NCBI GenBank assembly: GCA_964399495.1
Contig: CAYNQX010000002.1
Span: 92,051 to 156,050 of the forward strand
DNA length: 64,000 nucleotides
Direction of reading: 5' to 3'
Source of the DNA: an uncultured bacterium
Lineage (GTDB): Bacteria; Krumholzibacteriota; Krumholzibacteriia; JACNKJ01
Below are positions 9,017 to 18,550 of the stretch, one piece after another. Position 1 is the first letter of the stretch. Each line of letters starts with the position of its first letter. The translations under genes were made by a program, and so were the position numbers. The notes under the pieces are model-generated. The model saw only the letters and a program-made list of their open reading frames with translations, searched no databases and was not told the DNA's origin.

Positions 9017-9925
9017 CTAGGCCGAGGGCTTGGCCCACTCCTGCACCATCCAGTCCTCGTGGCATTCCTCGGCCTCCAGCACCCAGCCGCGGCCTTCGGC
9101 GCCCTCGCGGATCCGATGGGCCTGGGACGCGAGGAAGCCGGAGAGGATCGCCGATCCGCCGGGGGCCAGGGAGAGGTCGAGGCGGGGCAGCAGGCGGAGG
9201 ATCGGTCCCATGAACAGGTTGCAGAGGACGAGATCCCAGTGCGCCGGTTCCAGATCCGCCGGCTCGCTCCAGCGGAACTCCATCGCGCCGGCGAGACCGT
9301 TCAGGTCGACGTTGAGGTAGCTGTTCACGATGCTCTCGGGGTCGATGTCGAAGCCCACCACCTCGCCGGCGCCCCACAGCCGCGCGGCGATGCTGAGCAC
9401 GCCGGTGCCGCTGCCCACGTCCAGGCAATTCGGTGAAGCGCCGCCCCGCTCCGCCATCCACCGCTCGAGGCGCGCCAGGCAGGCCGCGGTGGTGGGGTGG
9501 TCGCCGGTGCCGAAGGCCTGGCCCGGATTCAGGATGACGCTCAGGGGCGCGCCGGGGCCGGGCACTTCCTCGCGGACCACGGTGTCCCGCTCCCAGCTCG
9601 GCACGATCTCCAGTCGATCGGTGAGCCGGTGCCGTTCGAAGTGGGTGCGGAAGACGGCGTCCCAGTCGCGGTCGGCGACGTCGGTCTCGGTCCAACGCAG
9701 GTCGGCGGCGGAGAGGCCCGCGTCCTCCGCTTCGGCGAGCCAGCGGGCCAGGTCCTCGGACCCCGGCAGCTCGGTGGGGCTCTCGGCGTAGACGCTCAAT
9801 GTCATCAGGGGCGATCCCGTCGGACGCTCGCTGCTGAGCCGCTCGTGGCCGGCCATGAGGAGGCGTTCCTCGAGAAACTCGCCGAGGGCCGGACTCAGTT
9901 CGAGGCTGCGGCGGTGCCAGATCAT
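9017..9925 (-). CDS. prmA: ribosomal protein L11 methyltransferase
   Basis: 302 aa; SAM-MTase motif LDVGSGTGVLSIAA and PrmA-type GTGDHPTT motif; 4-nt overlap with the upstream sppA. Confidence 0.88.
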   Translation of the reverse strand: MIWHRRSLELSPALGEFLEERLLMAGHERLSSERPTGSPLMTLSVYAESPTELPGSEDLARWLAEAEDAGLSAADLRWTETDVADRDWDAVFRTHFERHRLTDRLEIVPSWERDTVVREEVPGPGAPLSVILNPGQAFGTGDHPTTAACLARLERWMAERGGASPNCLDVGSGTGVLSIAARLWGAGEVVGFDIDPESIVNSYLNVDLNGLAGAMEFRWSEPADLEPAHWDLVLCNLFMGPILRLLPRLDLSLAPGGSAILSGFLASQAHRIREGAEGRGWVLEAEECHEDWMVQEWAKPSA

Positions 9926-12510
9926 CGGAGCATCGCGGCCGGCACGGGCGGCAGGGCGGCCGGCTCCAGCGCCAGCGCCGCTCCCGACGGATAGGGCTCG
10001 AGCCGTTCCAGCCAGCGGGTGAGATCCTCGCCCGGAGCGGGGAGCAGGCCGGCCTTCGTTGCGCCGTAGGCGCCGTGGCCGTCGCCCCGCAGCATGGCGA
10101 TGAGCGAGGGCCGCTCGGGCAGTCGGACGATCTCGATCGGGTCGCCCGGCGGAATCGACGACAGGCGCCGCAGGGCGGCCAGGCCCTCGCGCATGCCGCC
10201 CAGTTCGTCCACGAGTCCGTGGCCGATCGCATCGACGCCGCCCCAGATCCGGCCGCGGCCGATCAGGTCCACCTCGGGTTCGCTGATGCGGCGGCGGGCC
10301 GCCACGGCGCCCACGAAGTTGCGATAGTGGCGATCGAGCTCCTCCTGCACCTGGCGGCGGGCCTCCTCGTCGTAGGGGGCGAAGGGGTCGTCGCTGCGGG
10401 CGTGGCGCCCTTCGCTCACGCCGTCGTGGCCGATTCCCAGCTTTTCCAGCAATCCGCCGAAGACGAGCTTGCCTCCCCAGACGCCGATACTGCCGGTGAG
10501 CGTGTGACGATTGCAGAGCACGTGGTCGGCCTCCATGCCCAGCAGGTAGGCGCCGCTTGCGCCCGCCTCGCCGAAGCTCACGACGACCGGTTTCCGATCA
10601 CGGGTAGCCATGATCTCCCTGCGGATGATCTCGCTGGCCAGCACGCCTCCGCCGCCGCTGTTCACCCGCATGAGGACGCCGCGGATTCTCGGATCGAGGC
10701 GCGCGGCGCGCAACGCCTCCACCACCGTGGCCGCGCCGGTCTCCGGGCCCAGGAGTCCGTGGCCGCTGCGGCCGGTGACCAGGATGCCATCCACATGGAT
10801 CAGCGCCAGGGCGCGGTCCTCGCCCCAGCGGTTCTTCGTGAGCTCGCGGGCCTCGAGCCGCTCGGGCTCGAGCAGGCGTCCCTGGTCCTCCTCGGTCGCG
10901 AGGTGTTCGCGGATCTGCGAGGGGTGTACGAGCGCGTCGACGAGATCGATCTCGAGGGCCACGGAGGGGGGAATCACCCCGCGGTCCAGGAAGAGCGGAA
11001 CCTCGGGCAGAGGGAGGTTGCGTCCCTCCGCGATGCCGCGGGTGAGGGCCATGTAGCGGGCGGCGACGAAGCTGCTGTCCGCCTCGTGAGCCGCGGGGCT
11101 CGCCTCGGTCCGCGTGAAGCTCTCCGGGGCGGACTTGTAGCGTCCCTGCTGGATCAGATCCGCCTGGATCCCCAGCTTGTCGAGGGCATCGCGGAAGTAG
11201 AGGCGATCGCGCCGGAGTCCCGTGAAGCGGATCGCGCCGACGGGGTTCAGGAGCACGCGGCTGCCCGCCGTGGCGAGGTAGTAGTCCTCGATGCCGTAGC
11301 TGTCGGCGTACACCACCACCGGCCGGCCGGTCACGCGACGGTAGCCGAGCAGGGCGCGGCGAAGTTCCTCGCGCTGAGCCAGGCCGAGGCCGGGGGAATC
11401 GAGGCGGATCAGGATTCCCTTCACGTCGCGGTTCGCGACGGCGTCGCCGATGAGGTCGAGAATGGCGCGCAGATCGTGGGCGCGCTCCGCGCCGAAGCGG
11501 CGGGGGGCCGGAGCGTCGGATATCGGCCCGCTCAGTTCGAGGTCGAGAAAGTGACGGTCGGGGATCAGGGGCATCCCGAAGCGACGGTTGCGCCACTCCA
11601 GGACCATGGCGCCGTGGCGCGTGCCGCGGCTGCCTTCGTGCTGGTTGCTCACGGCGAGTCCGCCGCGGACTCCGGCGTCGCTCAGGTAGAGGCCCAGGCT
11701 GAAGCGGCTGTCGCTGCGCCAGTCCAGGCGAACGCGCGCGCGGCCGGACAGGTCCATGTCGAGGCCGGCGCTGGTGGAGTAGTCCCAGCCGTTCTCCAGC
11801 TCGAACTGGGTGACGTCGAAGCTCAGGGTGGCCCAGTGCCGCTTGGGCCGCAGCGCGAGACCGAAGGTGTAGCTGGGGGCGATCGAACGGTCGTCGCCCG
11901 GCTCGAGGCCGCGCAGCGCGGGGCGGTCGGTGTTGCGGATGTGCAGCCCCAGTGAGACCCAGCGACGCCAGCGCAGCACGGCGCCGATATCCCAGGTGGA
12001 GAGCCCGTCGAGGGCGTAGGCGTTGCTGCGCGTGAAGCGGTAGGCCGCGCCGATCGCGATCTGGGTGCGCCAGCCGTGCAGGTCGAAGCGGTGGGAGAGG
12101 CCCAGGTTGTAGCGGTCGCCGCGGCGGAGGCGGGGCGTGCGATCTTCGGCTCCGGGGCCGTAGTCGTATCCGGAGGGCAGGCTCACGTGGTCCAGCCCCA
12201 GGGCGATGGGTCCGCCGAGGGCCAGGCTCCAGTTGCCCGTGAAGCGGCTCTCGAAGGCGGGCTTCAGGGCGTCCTGGTCGGTGCCCATCCGCATGCCCTG
12301 CAGGTAGAGCAGGCCGAACTCGCCGGGGCGGAAGGCCAGGGAGGCCGGGTTGTGGTAGAGCCCCAGAAGACCGTCGTCGGCGGCCACCGCCAGGGGCGGA
12401 AAGACCGCGTCGTTGCCGGCCAGACCGTGGTCGGGGAGATCGCCGAGGGATGGTACGGGCAGGAGCAACAGACAGAACAGGGGCAGGAGGACGCGCGGAA
12501 GACGCGGCAT
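9922..12510 (-). CDS. sppA: signal peptide peptidase SppA, 67K type (tandem S49 domains) with an N-terminal ~330-aa beta-barrel-like extension
   Basis: 862 aa; signal peptide. Two S49 domains (…VVVYADSYG… and …VVVSFGEAGASGAYLL…TGSIGV). The N-terminal third shows alternating hydrophobic/aromatic strand patterns typical of outer-membrane barrels. Confidence 0.8.
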   Translation of the reverse strand: MPRLPRVLLPLFCLLLLPVPSLGDLPDHGLAGNDAVFPPLAVAADDGLLGLYHNPASLAFRPGEFGLLYLQGMRMGTDQDALKPAFESRFTGNWSLALGGPIALGLDHVSLPSGYDYGPGAEDRTPRLRRGDRYNLGLSHRFDLHGWRTQIAIGAAYRFTRSNAYALDGLSTWDIGAVLRWRRWVSLGLHIRNTDRPALRGLEPGDDRSIAPSYTFGLALRPKRHWATLSFDVTQFELENGWDYSTSAGLDMDLSGRARVRLDWRSDSRFSLGLYLSDAGVRGGLAVSNQHEGSRGTRHGAMVLEWRNRRFGMPLIPDRHFLDLELSGPISDAPAPRRFGAERAHDLRAILDLIGDAVANRDVKGILIRLDSPGLGLAQREELRRALLGYRRVTGRPVVVYADSYGIEDYYLATAGSRVLLNPVGAIRFTGLRRDRLYFRDALDKLGIQADLIQQGRYKSAPESFTRTEASPAAHEADSSFVAARYMALTRGIAEGRNLPLPEVPLFLDRGVIPPSVALEIDLVDALVHPSQIREHLATEEDQGRLLEPERLEARELTKNRWGEDRALALIHVDGILVTGRSGHGLLGPETGAATVVEALRAARLDPRIRGVLMRVNSGGGGVLASEIIRREIMATRDRKPVVVSFGEAGASGAYLLGMEADHVLCNRHTLTGSIGVWGGKLVFGGLLEKLGIGHDGVSEGRHARSDDPFAPYDEEARRQVQEELDRHYRNFVGAVAARRRISEPEVDLIGRGRIWGGVDAIGHGLVDELGGMREGLAALRRLSSIPPGDPIEIVRLPERPSLIAMLRGDGHGAYGATKAGLLPAPGEDLTRWLERLEPYPSGAALALEPAALPPVPAAMLR

Positions 12511-12608
12511 GTTTCGGCCTCTCGGCAGGGGTCATCGGGGTGTTTCGGTAACAGGGGGAATAATGTCGGAGAGTTTCCGGCGACGCAATTCGATTCTCGG
12601 GGGCGGGC

Positions 12609-12637
12609 TTGACAGCCATGAGTTCCGTCGATATTAT
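12609..12637 (+). promoter_or_regulatory. consensus-like sigma-70 promoter TTGACA-N17-TATTAT for the ArsR-family gene
   Basis: TTGACA at 12609-12614 and TATTAT at 12632-12637 with a 17-nt spacer. RBS AGGGAGG at 12665-12671 precedes ATG 12678. Confidence 0.55.
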
Positions 12638-12677
12638 CAAGAGTATCGAAATACAGTCCGATCGCAGGGAGGCCGCC

Positions 12678-13277
12678 ATGAGCGCCAGCGAAACCCGGCC
12701 GGGCGACCTCGAAGAGGCCATGGACTTCTTCAAGGCTCTCGCCCACAAGCAGAGATTGCGCATCATCGGCCTGCTGGCCAGCCGGCCGGCGGTGGTGCAG
12801 GAGATCGCCGACCAGCTCGAACTCACTCCCGCCACGGCCAGTCATCACCTGCGGATTCTCCGCCGGGCGGGACTGCTGTCGGTGGAGAACGACCAGCAGT
12901 ACCGGCAGTACCGGCTGCAGGAGAAACGCCTGCGCGACGTCTCCCGCGAACTGCTGCGCCTGGAGAACCTGCGCGCCGGCGCGGGGCCCTTTCCCGAGGG
13001 GGCCTACGCCGAGAAGGTGCTGCGCAACTTCGTGAAGCGTGGGCGCCTGGTGGCGATTCCCGCGCAGCGGAAGAAGCGCGAGGTGATTCTCGACTGGCTC
13101 GCCGGGCAGTTCGAGGACGATCGGGACTACCCCGAGTCCGAGGTCAACACCATGATCGAAAAGTTCCACCCGGACTTCTGCACGCTGCGCAGGGAGTTCA
13201 TCATCACCAAGCGCTTCACGCGCAATCGCGGGATCTATCGCAAGGTGGCGCCCCGGTCGACGGGAGGCGCCTCGTGA
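12678..13277 (+). CDS. ArsR-family HTH transcriptional regulator with a C-terminal DUF2087-like domain
   Basis: ArsR HTH (LAHKQRLRIIGLLASRPAVVQEIADQLELTPATASHHLRILRRAGLL). Start moved to ATG 12678 because the listed 12609 start overlaps the promoter. C-terminal KRGRLVAIPAQRKKREVILDWL… resembles DUF2087. Confidence 0.75.
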   Translation: MSASETRPGDLEEAMDFFKALAHKQRLRIIGLLASRPAVVQEIADQLELTPATASHHLRILRRAGLLSVENDQQYRQYRLQEKRLRDVSRELLRLENLRAGAGPFPEGAYAEKVLRNFVKRGRLVAIPAQRKKREVILDWLAGQFEDDRDYPESEVNTMIEKFHPDFCTLRREFIITKRFTRNRGIYRKVAPRSTGGAS

Positions 13278-13777
13278 GGGAATGGACCCACTGCCCCCTC
13301 TGCGGCGAGCCCCTGTCCCGGCGCGAGATCCAGGACCGCCCGCGTTCGGTTTGCGGCTGCGGCTTCATCGACTGGCGCAACCCCGTGCCCGCCGCGGCCC
13401 TGATGCTGCTCAGGGGGGAGGAACTGCTCTGGGTGCGCCGCGCGGGTGAACCGAATAAGGGCCAGTGGTCCCTGCCCAGCGGCTTCCAGGAGTGGGACGA
13501 GGATATCGAGGTCTGCGCGCGGCGTGAACTCGAGGAGGAGACCGGTCTCACGGCCGGCCCCTGCGGCCTGGTGGGCGCCTACTCCGCCTTCGACGATCCC
13601 CGGCACAACGCCCTGCTGGTCGTCTTCCACGCGCCCTACGCGGGCGGTGAGGCGGTGGCCGGCGACGACGCCGACGACGCCCGCTGGTTTCCCCTAAGCG
13701 CGCCGCCCGAACCGATCGCCTGGGCCACCCACCGGCGGGCGCTGGACGACCTTCGCCGCCGTCTCGGCGCCGATTGA
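13274..13777 (+). CDS. NUDIX hydrolase with an N-terminal zinc-ribbon (NudC-like small form)
   Basis: GTG 13274 overlaps the ArsR stop (GTGA); CPLCG…CGCG zinc ribbon; Nudix box GFQEWDEDIEVCARRELEEETGL. Confidence 0.75.
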   Translation: MREWTHCPLCGEPLSRREIQDRPRSVCGCGFIDWRNPVPAAALMLLRGEELLWVRRAGEPNKGQWSLPSGFQEWDEDIEVCARRELEEETGLTAGPCGLVGAYSAFDDPRHNALLVVFHAPYAGGEAVAGDDADDARWFPLSAPPEPIAWATHRRALDDLRRRLGAD

Positions 13778-13840
13778 CCTCGCGCGAACCCTGGGTTAGC
13801 CTGCTGCCGACCCGCATCGCCACCCTGCCGAGGAGCGTCC

Positions 13841-15286
13841 ATGACATCGTCTCCCGATGACGGAACCCGCGCCGCGATCGACATCGACGAGGGCGTCCTG
13901 AGGCGCGTCCTCGCGCGCGCCCTGTCGCGCGGCGGAGACTACGCCGACCTCTTCGTCGAGCGCGAGCAGGACCGGATCCTGCGCTGGGAAGAGGGACGTC
14001 TCGCCGAGGCCCTCCTGAACCGCGGCGCCGGCGTGGGCCTGCGCGTGCTCTCCGGCACGCGGACGGGCTATGCCTACAGCGAGAGCTTCGAGGAGGCGGC
14101 GCTCCTCGCGGCCGCGGACACCGCGGCCCACGTGGCCGACTCGGACGGCGCCGCGGTCCACGCTCCGACGAGCTTCCGCGTGCCCGCGCTCCCCAGTCAC
14201 TATCCCGAGCGCCGCCCCCTCGAGACGGGCGAGCTCGCGGACAAGGTCGCCCTGCTCGCCCGCATGCAGGAGGCGGCCCTGGCCGAGCCCGGCCTGCTCA
14301 AGATGCAGGGCAGCTATGTCGAGAGCCGCAGGGAGATACTGGTCGCGACCAGCGACGGGGTGCTCGCCCGCGACGTCCAGCCCATGCTGCGGTTGAACTG
14401 CAGCGTGGTCCTGGGTGAGAACGGCCGCCGCGAGAGCGCCGGCAGCAGCGCCGGCGGACGCGTCGACATGGAGTTCCTGGACGGCCGTCCCGAGCTCGAG
14501 GTGGCGTGGGAGGCGCTGCGCATGGCCCGGCTGCGGCTCGTCGCCGAGGAGGCGCCCGCCGGCCCCCTGCCGGTGGTGCTGGGGCCGGGCACGAGCGGCA
14601 TCCTGCTCCACGAGGCCGTGGGCCACGGGCTGGAGGCGGACTTCAACCACAAGGGCACCTCCAAGTTCTCGGGGAGGATCGGCGAGAAGGTGGCCAGCTC
14701 TCTCTGCACCGTGGTGGACGATCCCGGGCTCCCGTCGGACCGCGGAGCCATCAACGTGGACGACGAGGGCTGCCCCTCGAAGCGCACGGTGCTGATCGAG
14801 GACGGCGTGCTGCGCAGCTACATGCACGACCGTCTCAGCGCCCGCGTCATGGACGTGGCGCCCACGGGCAACGGCCGCCGCGAGTCCTTTCGCCATCACC
14901 CGCTGCCGCGCATGACCAACACCTACCTGCTGCCGGGCGAGAGCGAGCCCGGGGAGATCCTCGCCTCGGTGAAGCGCGGTCTCTACGCCAAGCACTTCAG
15001 CGGCGGGCAGGTGGACATCGCGCGCGGGGATTTCGTGTTCGACGTGACCGAGGGCTACCTCATCGAGAACGGCAAGGTGGGCCCGCCCGTGAAGGGCGCG
15101 ACGCTCATCGGCAACGGTCCCGAGGTGATGGGCCGCGTCTCCATGGTGGGCGACGACCTCACGATATCGCCCGGCATGTGGAGCTGCGGCAAGCGGGGCC
15201 AGCGGGTGCCCGCCAACGTGGGGCTGCCCCACGTGAAGATCGACAGCATCACCGTGGGCGGCACTAGCACGGGAGGTGGACGATGA
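13841..15286 (+). CDS. tldD: metalloprotease TldD
   Basis: 481 aa; HEAVGHGLEADFN zinc-binding motif; TldD/PmbA family. Confidence 0.9.
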   Translation: MTSSPDDGTRAAIDIDEGVLRRVLARALSRGGDYADLFVEREQDRILRWEEGRLAEALLNRGAGVGLRVLSGTRTGYAYSESFEEAALLAAADTAAHVADSDGAAVHAPTSFRVPALPSHYPERRPLETGELADKVALLARMQEAALAEPGLLKMQGSYVESRREILVATSDGVLARDVQPMLRLNCSVVLGENGRRESAGSSAGGRVDMEFLDGRPELEVAWEALRMARLRLVAEEAPAGPLPVVLGPGTSGILLHEAVGHGLEADFNHKGTSKFSGRIGEKVASSLCTVVDDPGLPSDRGAINVDDEGCPSKRTVLIEDGVLRSYMHDRLSARVMDVAPTGNGRRESFRHHPLPRMTNTYLLPGESEPGEILASVKRGLYAKHFSGGQVDIARGDFVFDVTEGYLIENGKVGPPVKGATLIGNGPEVMGRVSMVGDDLTISPGMWSCGKRGQRVPANVGLPHVKIDSITVGGTSTGGGR

Positions 15287-16632
15287 ACCGGCTCGACCTG
15301 GCCCGCCGCGTTCTCGCCGCCGCGAAACGCGCCGGCGCCGACCAGGCGGACCTGCGCCTGGAGGCCGGACGCGAGCTCACCGTGCAGGTGCGCATGGGCG
15401 AGCTGGAGGTGCTGAAGCAGGCCGAGCGCGGCGCGCTGAGCCTGCGCGTGTTCGTCGATCGTCGCAAGGCGGTGGTGAGCAGCACCGAGCTGGAGCCCGA
15501 ACTGTGCGAGGCCATGGCCGCCGAGGCGGTGGCGCTGGCCCGCCACTGCGAACCGGACGACCAGCACCGCCTGCCCGAACCCGAGCGCTACGCCACGCGC
15601 TTCCCCGAACTCGATCTCCACGACGCCGAGCCCGGCCCCGACGCCGCCGCCGGGATCGTGCTGGCCCGCGAGGCCGAGGCCGCGGCCCTGGACGCCGACG
15701 CGCGCATCGACAACAGCCAGGGCGCGGGCTACGCCAGCGGCGATCACGAACTCGTGTACGTCACGAGCAACGGCTTCGAGCACTCCCGGCGCGGCAGCAG
15801 CCACAGCCTGTCGATGATGCCCGTCGCCACCGACTCGCGGGGCGAGCGGGTCACGGAGGGCTGGGCGCGCCGCGCCCGTCACTTCGCCGAGCTCGTCGCG
15901 CCCGCCGAACTGGGCGCGGAGGCCGCCCGTCGCGTGCTACGTCGCCTGGACGCCCGCATGGCGCCCACGGGCCGCTTCCCCGTGATCTTCGAGCCGCGCA
16001 TGGCCGCGCGAATGGCGGGCATGCTCTTCGGCTGCCTGAGCGGCGACGCCGTGCGCCGGGAGCGGAGCTACCTCGCCGGCCGCCTGGGCACGCGCGTGGG
16101 CTCCGAACTTCTCACCCTCATCGACGATCCCCTGCGCTCCCGCGGCCTGGGCAGTCGCGCCTGCGACGGCGAGGGCCTCGCCAGCGAACGCCTCGAACTG
16201 GTGGCGGCGGGCGTCCTCGCGCATCACGCCACGGACGTCGAGAGCGCGCGGCGCCTGGAGCTGCCCGCCACCGGGCACGGCCGCTGGGGCGGCGGCGTCG
16301 TCGCGAGCAATCTTCACTTCGCGGCGGGATCCGTTCCCGCGCTCGAGATCCTCGGAGGCGTGGAGGCGGGGCTCCTCGTCACCGGCATGATGGGCGGCGG
16401 CTTCCAGGCGGCCAGCGGCCACTGGTCGCAGGGCTGTCTCGGTCTGTGGATCGAGAAGGGACAGGTCGCCTATCCCGTGCGGGAGGTCACCGTGGCCGGC
16501 TCCTTCGACGAGGTGCTGGGCGCCGTCGACGCGGTGGGCGACGATCTCGACTTCACCCTCGGCGCCGTCACCTCGCCCACGCTGCGGGTGTCGGAGATGG
16601 CCGTGGCGGGTGGGGAGGCCGGGGTATCATGA
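15283..16632 (+). CDS. pmbA: metalloprotease PmbA/TldE
   Basis: 449 aa; PmbA/TldD family fold; 4-nt ATGA overlap with tldD. Confidence 0.85.
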   Translation: MNRLDLARRVLAAAKRAGADQADLRLEAGRELTVQVRMGELEVLKQAERGALSLRVFVDRRKAVVSSTELEPELCEAMAAEAVALARHCEPDDQHRLPEPERYATRFPELDLHDAEPGPDAAAGIVLAREAEAAALDADARIDNSQGAGYASGDHELVYVTSNGFEHSRRGSSHSLSMMPVATDSRGERVTEGWARRARHFAELVAPAELGAEAARRVLRRLDARMAPTGRFPVIFEPRMAARMAGMLFGCLSGDAVRRERSYLAGRLGTRVGSELLTLIDDPLRSRGLGSRACDGEGLASERLELVAAGVLAHHATDVESARRLELPATGHGRWGGGVVASNLHFAAGSVPALEILGGVEAGLLVTGMMGGGFQAASGHWSQGCLGLWIEKGQVAYPVREVTVAGSFDEVLGAVDAVGDDLDFTLGAVTSPTLRVSEMAVAGGEAGVS

Positions 16633-17786
16633 TGCGCTGGTCGCTGCTCGGTCCGCTCCATCCCTACCGCGGCGGCATCGCCCACTACGGCGCGCTGCTG
16701 GCGAAGGAGCTCGCGCGCGAGGACGAGGTGGCTCCGATCAACTTCCGCCGCCTCTATCCGAAGCTGCTGTTTCCCGGCAAGACCCAGTACGACGAGAGCG
16801 CGAGTCCGCTGGCCCTGCCCGCGCCGCGGCTGCTGGGCAGCCTCGATCCGCCGAGCTGGGGGAGGACGGCGGGGGCCGTGAACGCCGCCGCGCCCGACGC
16901 GGTGCTGTGCCACTGGTGGCACCCGTTCTTCGGCCCGGCCTACGGCGGCGTGTTGCGCAGGGTGGGACGCCGCTCGCCGGATTGCGCGCGGCTGCTGCTC
17001 TGCCACAACGTCCTGCCCCACGAGCGGAGCCGGGTGGATCTGCTTCTGGCCGGCCGCGTCTTCCCCGCCACGGACGGATTCCTGGTGCACAGCGAGAGCG
17101 ACGCCGAGCGCCTGCGGGAGATCCTGCCGCACGCCCTGATGCGCGTGCATCCCCATCCCCGCTACGACGCCTTCGGCGACGACGCTCCCACCCGCGAGGA
17201 GGCCCGCGAGGCCCTCGGCGTGGAGGCCGACGAGAAGGTGGCCCTGTTCTTCGGCTACGTCCGCGCCTACAAGGGCCTCGATCTCGCCCTGCGGGCGCTG
17301 GCCGCGAGCCGCGAGTCCAAGCTGCGCCTGTTCGTGGTGGGGGAGTTCTACGAGGACCGAGGTCCTTACGACGCTCTCATCGAGGAGCTGAACCTGAACG
17401 ACCGCGTGCGTGTAGTGGATCGCTACGTCGCCAACGAGGAGGTGGCGGGCTACTTCCAGGCCGCCGACCTCGTGCTGCAGCCCTATCGCAGCGCCACCCA
17501 GAGCGGCATCGCCCAGATCGCCTTCGCCTTCGGCAAGCCGGTGCTGGCCACGGCGGTGGGCGGCCTGCCCGAACAGATCGAGGACGGCGTGAGCGGCCTG
17601 CTCGTACCGCCCGGCGACCACGAGGCGCTGGCGCGGGCCACCGACCGCTTCTTCGCGGAGCCCGAGCTCAGGGACACCCTGAGCCGCGGAATCGCGGACG
17701 CGGCCGAGCGCTTCAGCTGGCGCGCGCTGGCCGGGAGCCTGCGCGCCCTGGCCGCTGAAGCGCGGGAAAGGAAGGCCGCGCGATGA
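16629..17786 (+). CDS. glycosyltransferase family 4 (GT-B)
   Basis: ATG 16629 overlaps the pmbA stop; C-terminal GT4 signature …GGLPEQIEDGVSGLLVPPGDHEALA. Confidence 0.85.
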   Translation: MMRWSLLGPLHPYRGGIAHYGALLAKELAREDEVAPINFRRLYPKLLFPGKTQYDESASPLALPAPRLLGSLDPPSWGRTAGAVNAAAPDAVLCHWWHPFFGPAYGGVLRRVGRRSPDCARLLLCHNVLPHERSRVDLLLAGRVFPATDGFLVHSESDAERLREILPHALMRVHPHPRYDAFGDDAPTREEAREALGVEADEKVALFFGYVRAYKGLDLALRALAASRESKLRLFVVGEFYEDRGPYDALIEELNLNDRVRVVDRYVANEEVAGYFQAADLVLQPYRSATQSGIAQIAFAFGKPVLATAVGGLPEQIEDGVSGLLVPPGDHEALARATDRFFAEPELRDTLSRGIADAAERFSWRALAGSLRALAAEARERKAAR

Positions 17787-18550
17787 AGCGCTCGGCCTTT
17801 CCGCCTTCGCCCTTGCCCGCGCTGCTGCCCGAGCGTACGGCCCATCCCGGGCTGGCGCTCTCGGTCTTCGTCGCGCTCAGCCTGGCGGTGGGCATGGCCT
17901 GGACGCCGAGGCAGCTCCTGCCCGCGACGGCCGGGGCGCTGATCTACCTGTTCCTGCCGTCACCCGTCTTCCGCTCCTGGCGGGCGCCGCTGGCATTCCT
18001 GCCGCTGCTGCTCCTGCTGCCGCTGTTTCACGTGCTGGACTGGGTGGGGCCGTCAGAGGGCAGGCTCATGCCCTGGCGCTACGACGCCACCGGCTGGAGC
18101 CGCGGCCTGCAGCTCACCCTGCGCCTGAGCCTCTGGATCCTCATCTCCGCGCGCAGCCTCGAGCGCCTGCATCCCGCGGCGCTCCTGTCGCGGCTGCCCC
18201 GGAACCCGCGCCTTGCCCGCCGCCTGCTCGCGCCGCTGCTCGCCCTCTCCTGGCTGGAGCTCGTGCTGCGCGAGGCCTGGCTGCTCGAGCGGGGCTGGCG
18301 TGCGCGCGGCGGCATCGGCGCTCGGGGCGGCGGATTGCGCGGCGCCCACTGGCCCTCGCTCATATTGCCGCTGTTCCGCAACGTGCTGGCGCGGGGCGAT
18401 ACCCTTGCCGAGGCTCTCACCCTGCGCCGTTTCCCCGAGCGCTGGGCCGGCGCCCCGCGGGGCGCGCCCGGGGCGGGCGACCTGCTGCCCTTCGTGGGCG
18501 CCGTGATCCTGCTGCTGATCACGATCTGGATGCGGGAGGGGGGCGCGTGA
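17783..18550 (+). CDS. integral membrane protein (possible EcfT/CbiQ-like energy-coupling-factor transporter T component)
   Basis: 255 aa with multiple hydrophobic helices and Arg-rich loops; 4-nt overlaps on both sides; family assignment is weak. Confidence 0.45.
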   Translation: MKRSAFPPSPLPALLPERTAHPGLALSVFVALSLAVGMAWTPRQLLPATAGALIYLFLPSPVFRSWRAPLAFLPLLLLLPLFHVLDWVGPSEGRLMPWRYDATGWSRGLQLTLRLSLWILISARSLERLHPAALLSRLPRNPRLARRLLAPLLALSWLELVLREAWLLERGWRARGGIGARGGGLRGAHWPSLILPLFRNVLARGDTLAEALTLRRFPERWAGAPRGAPGAGDLLPFVGAVILLLITIWMREGGA

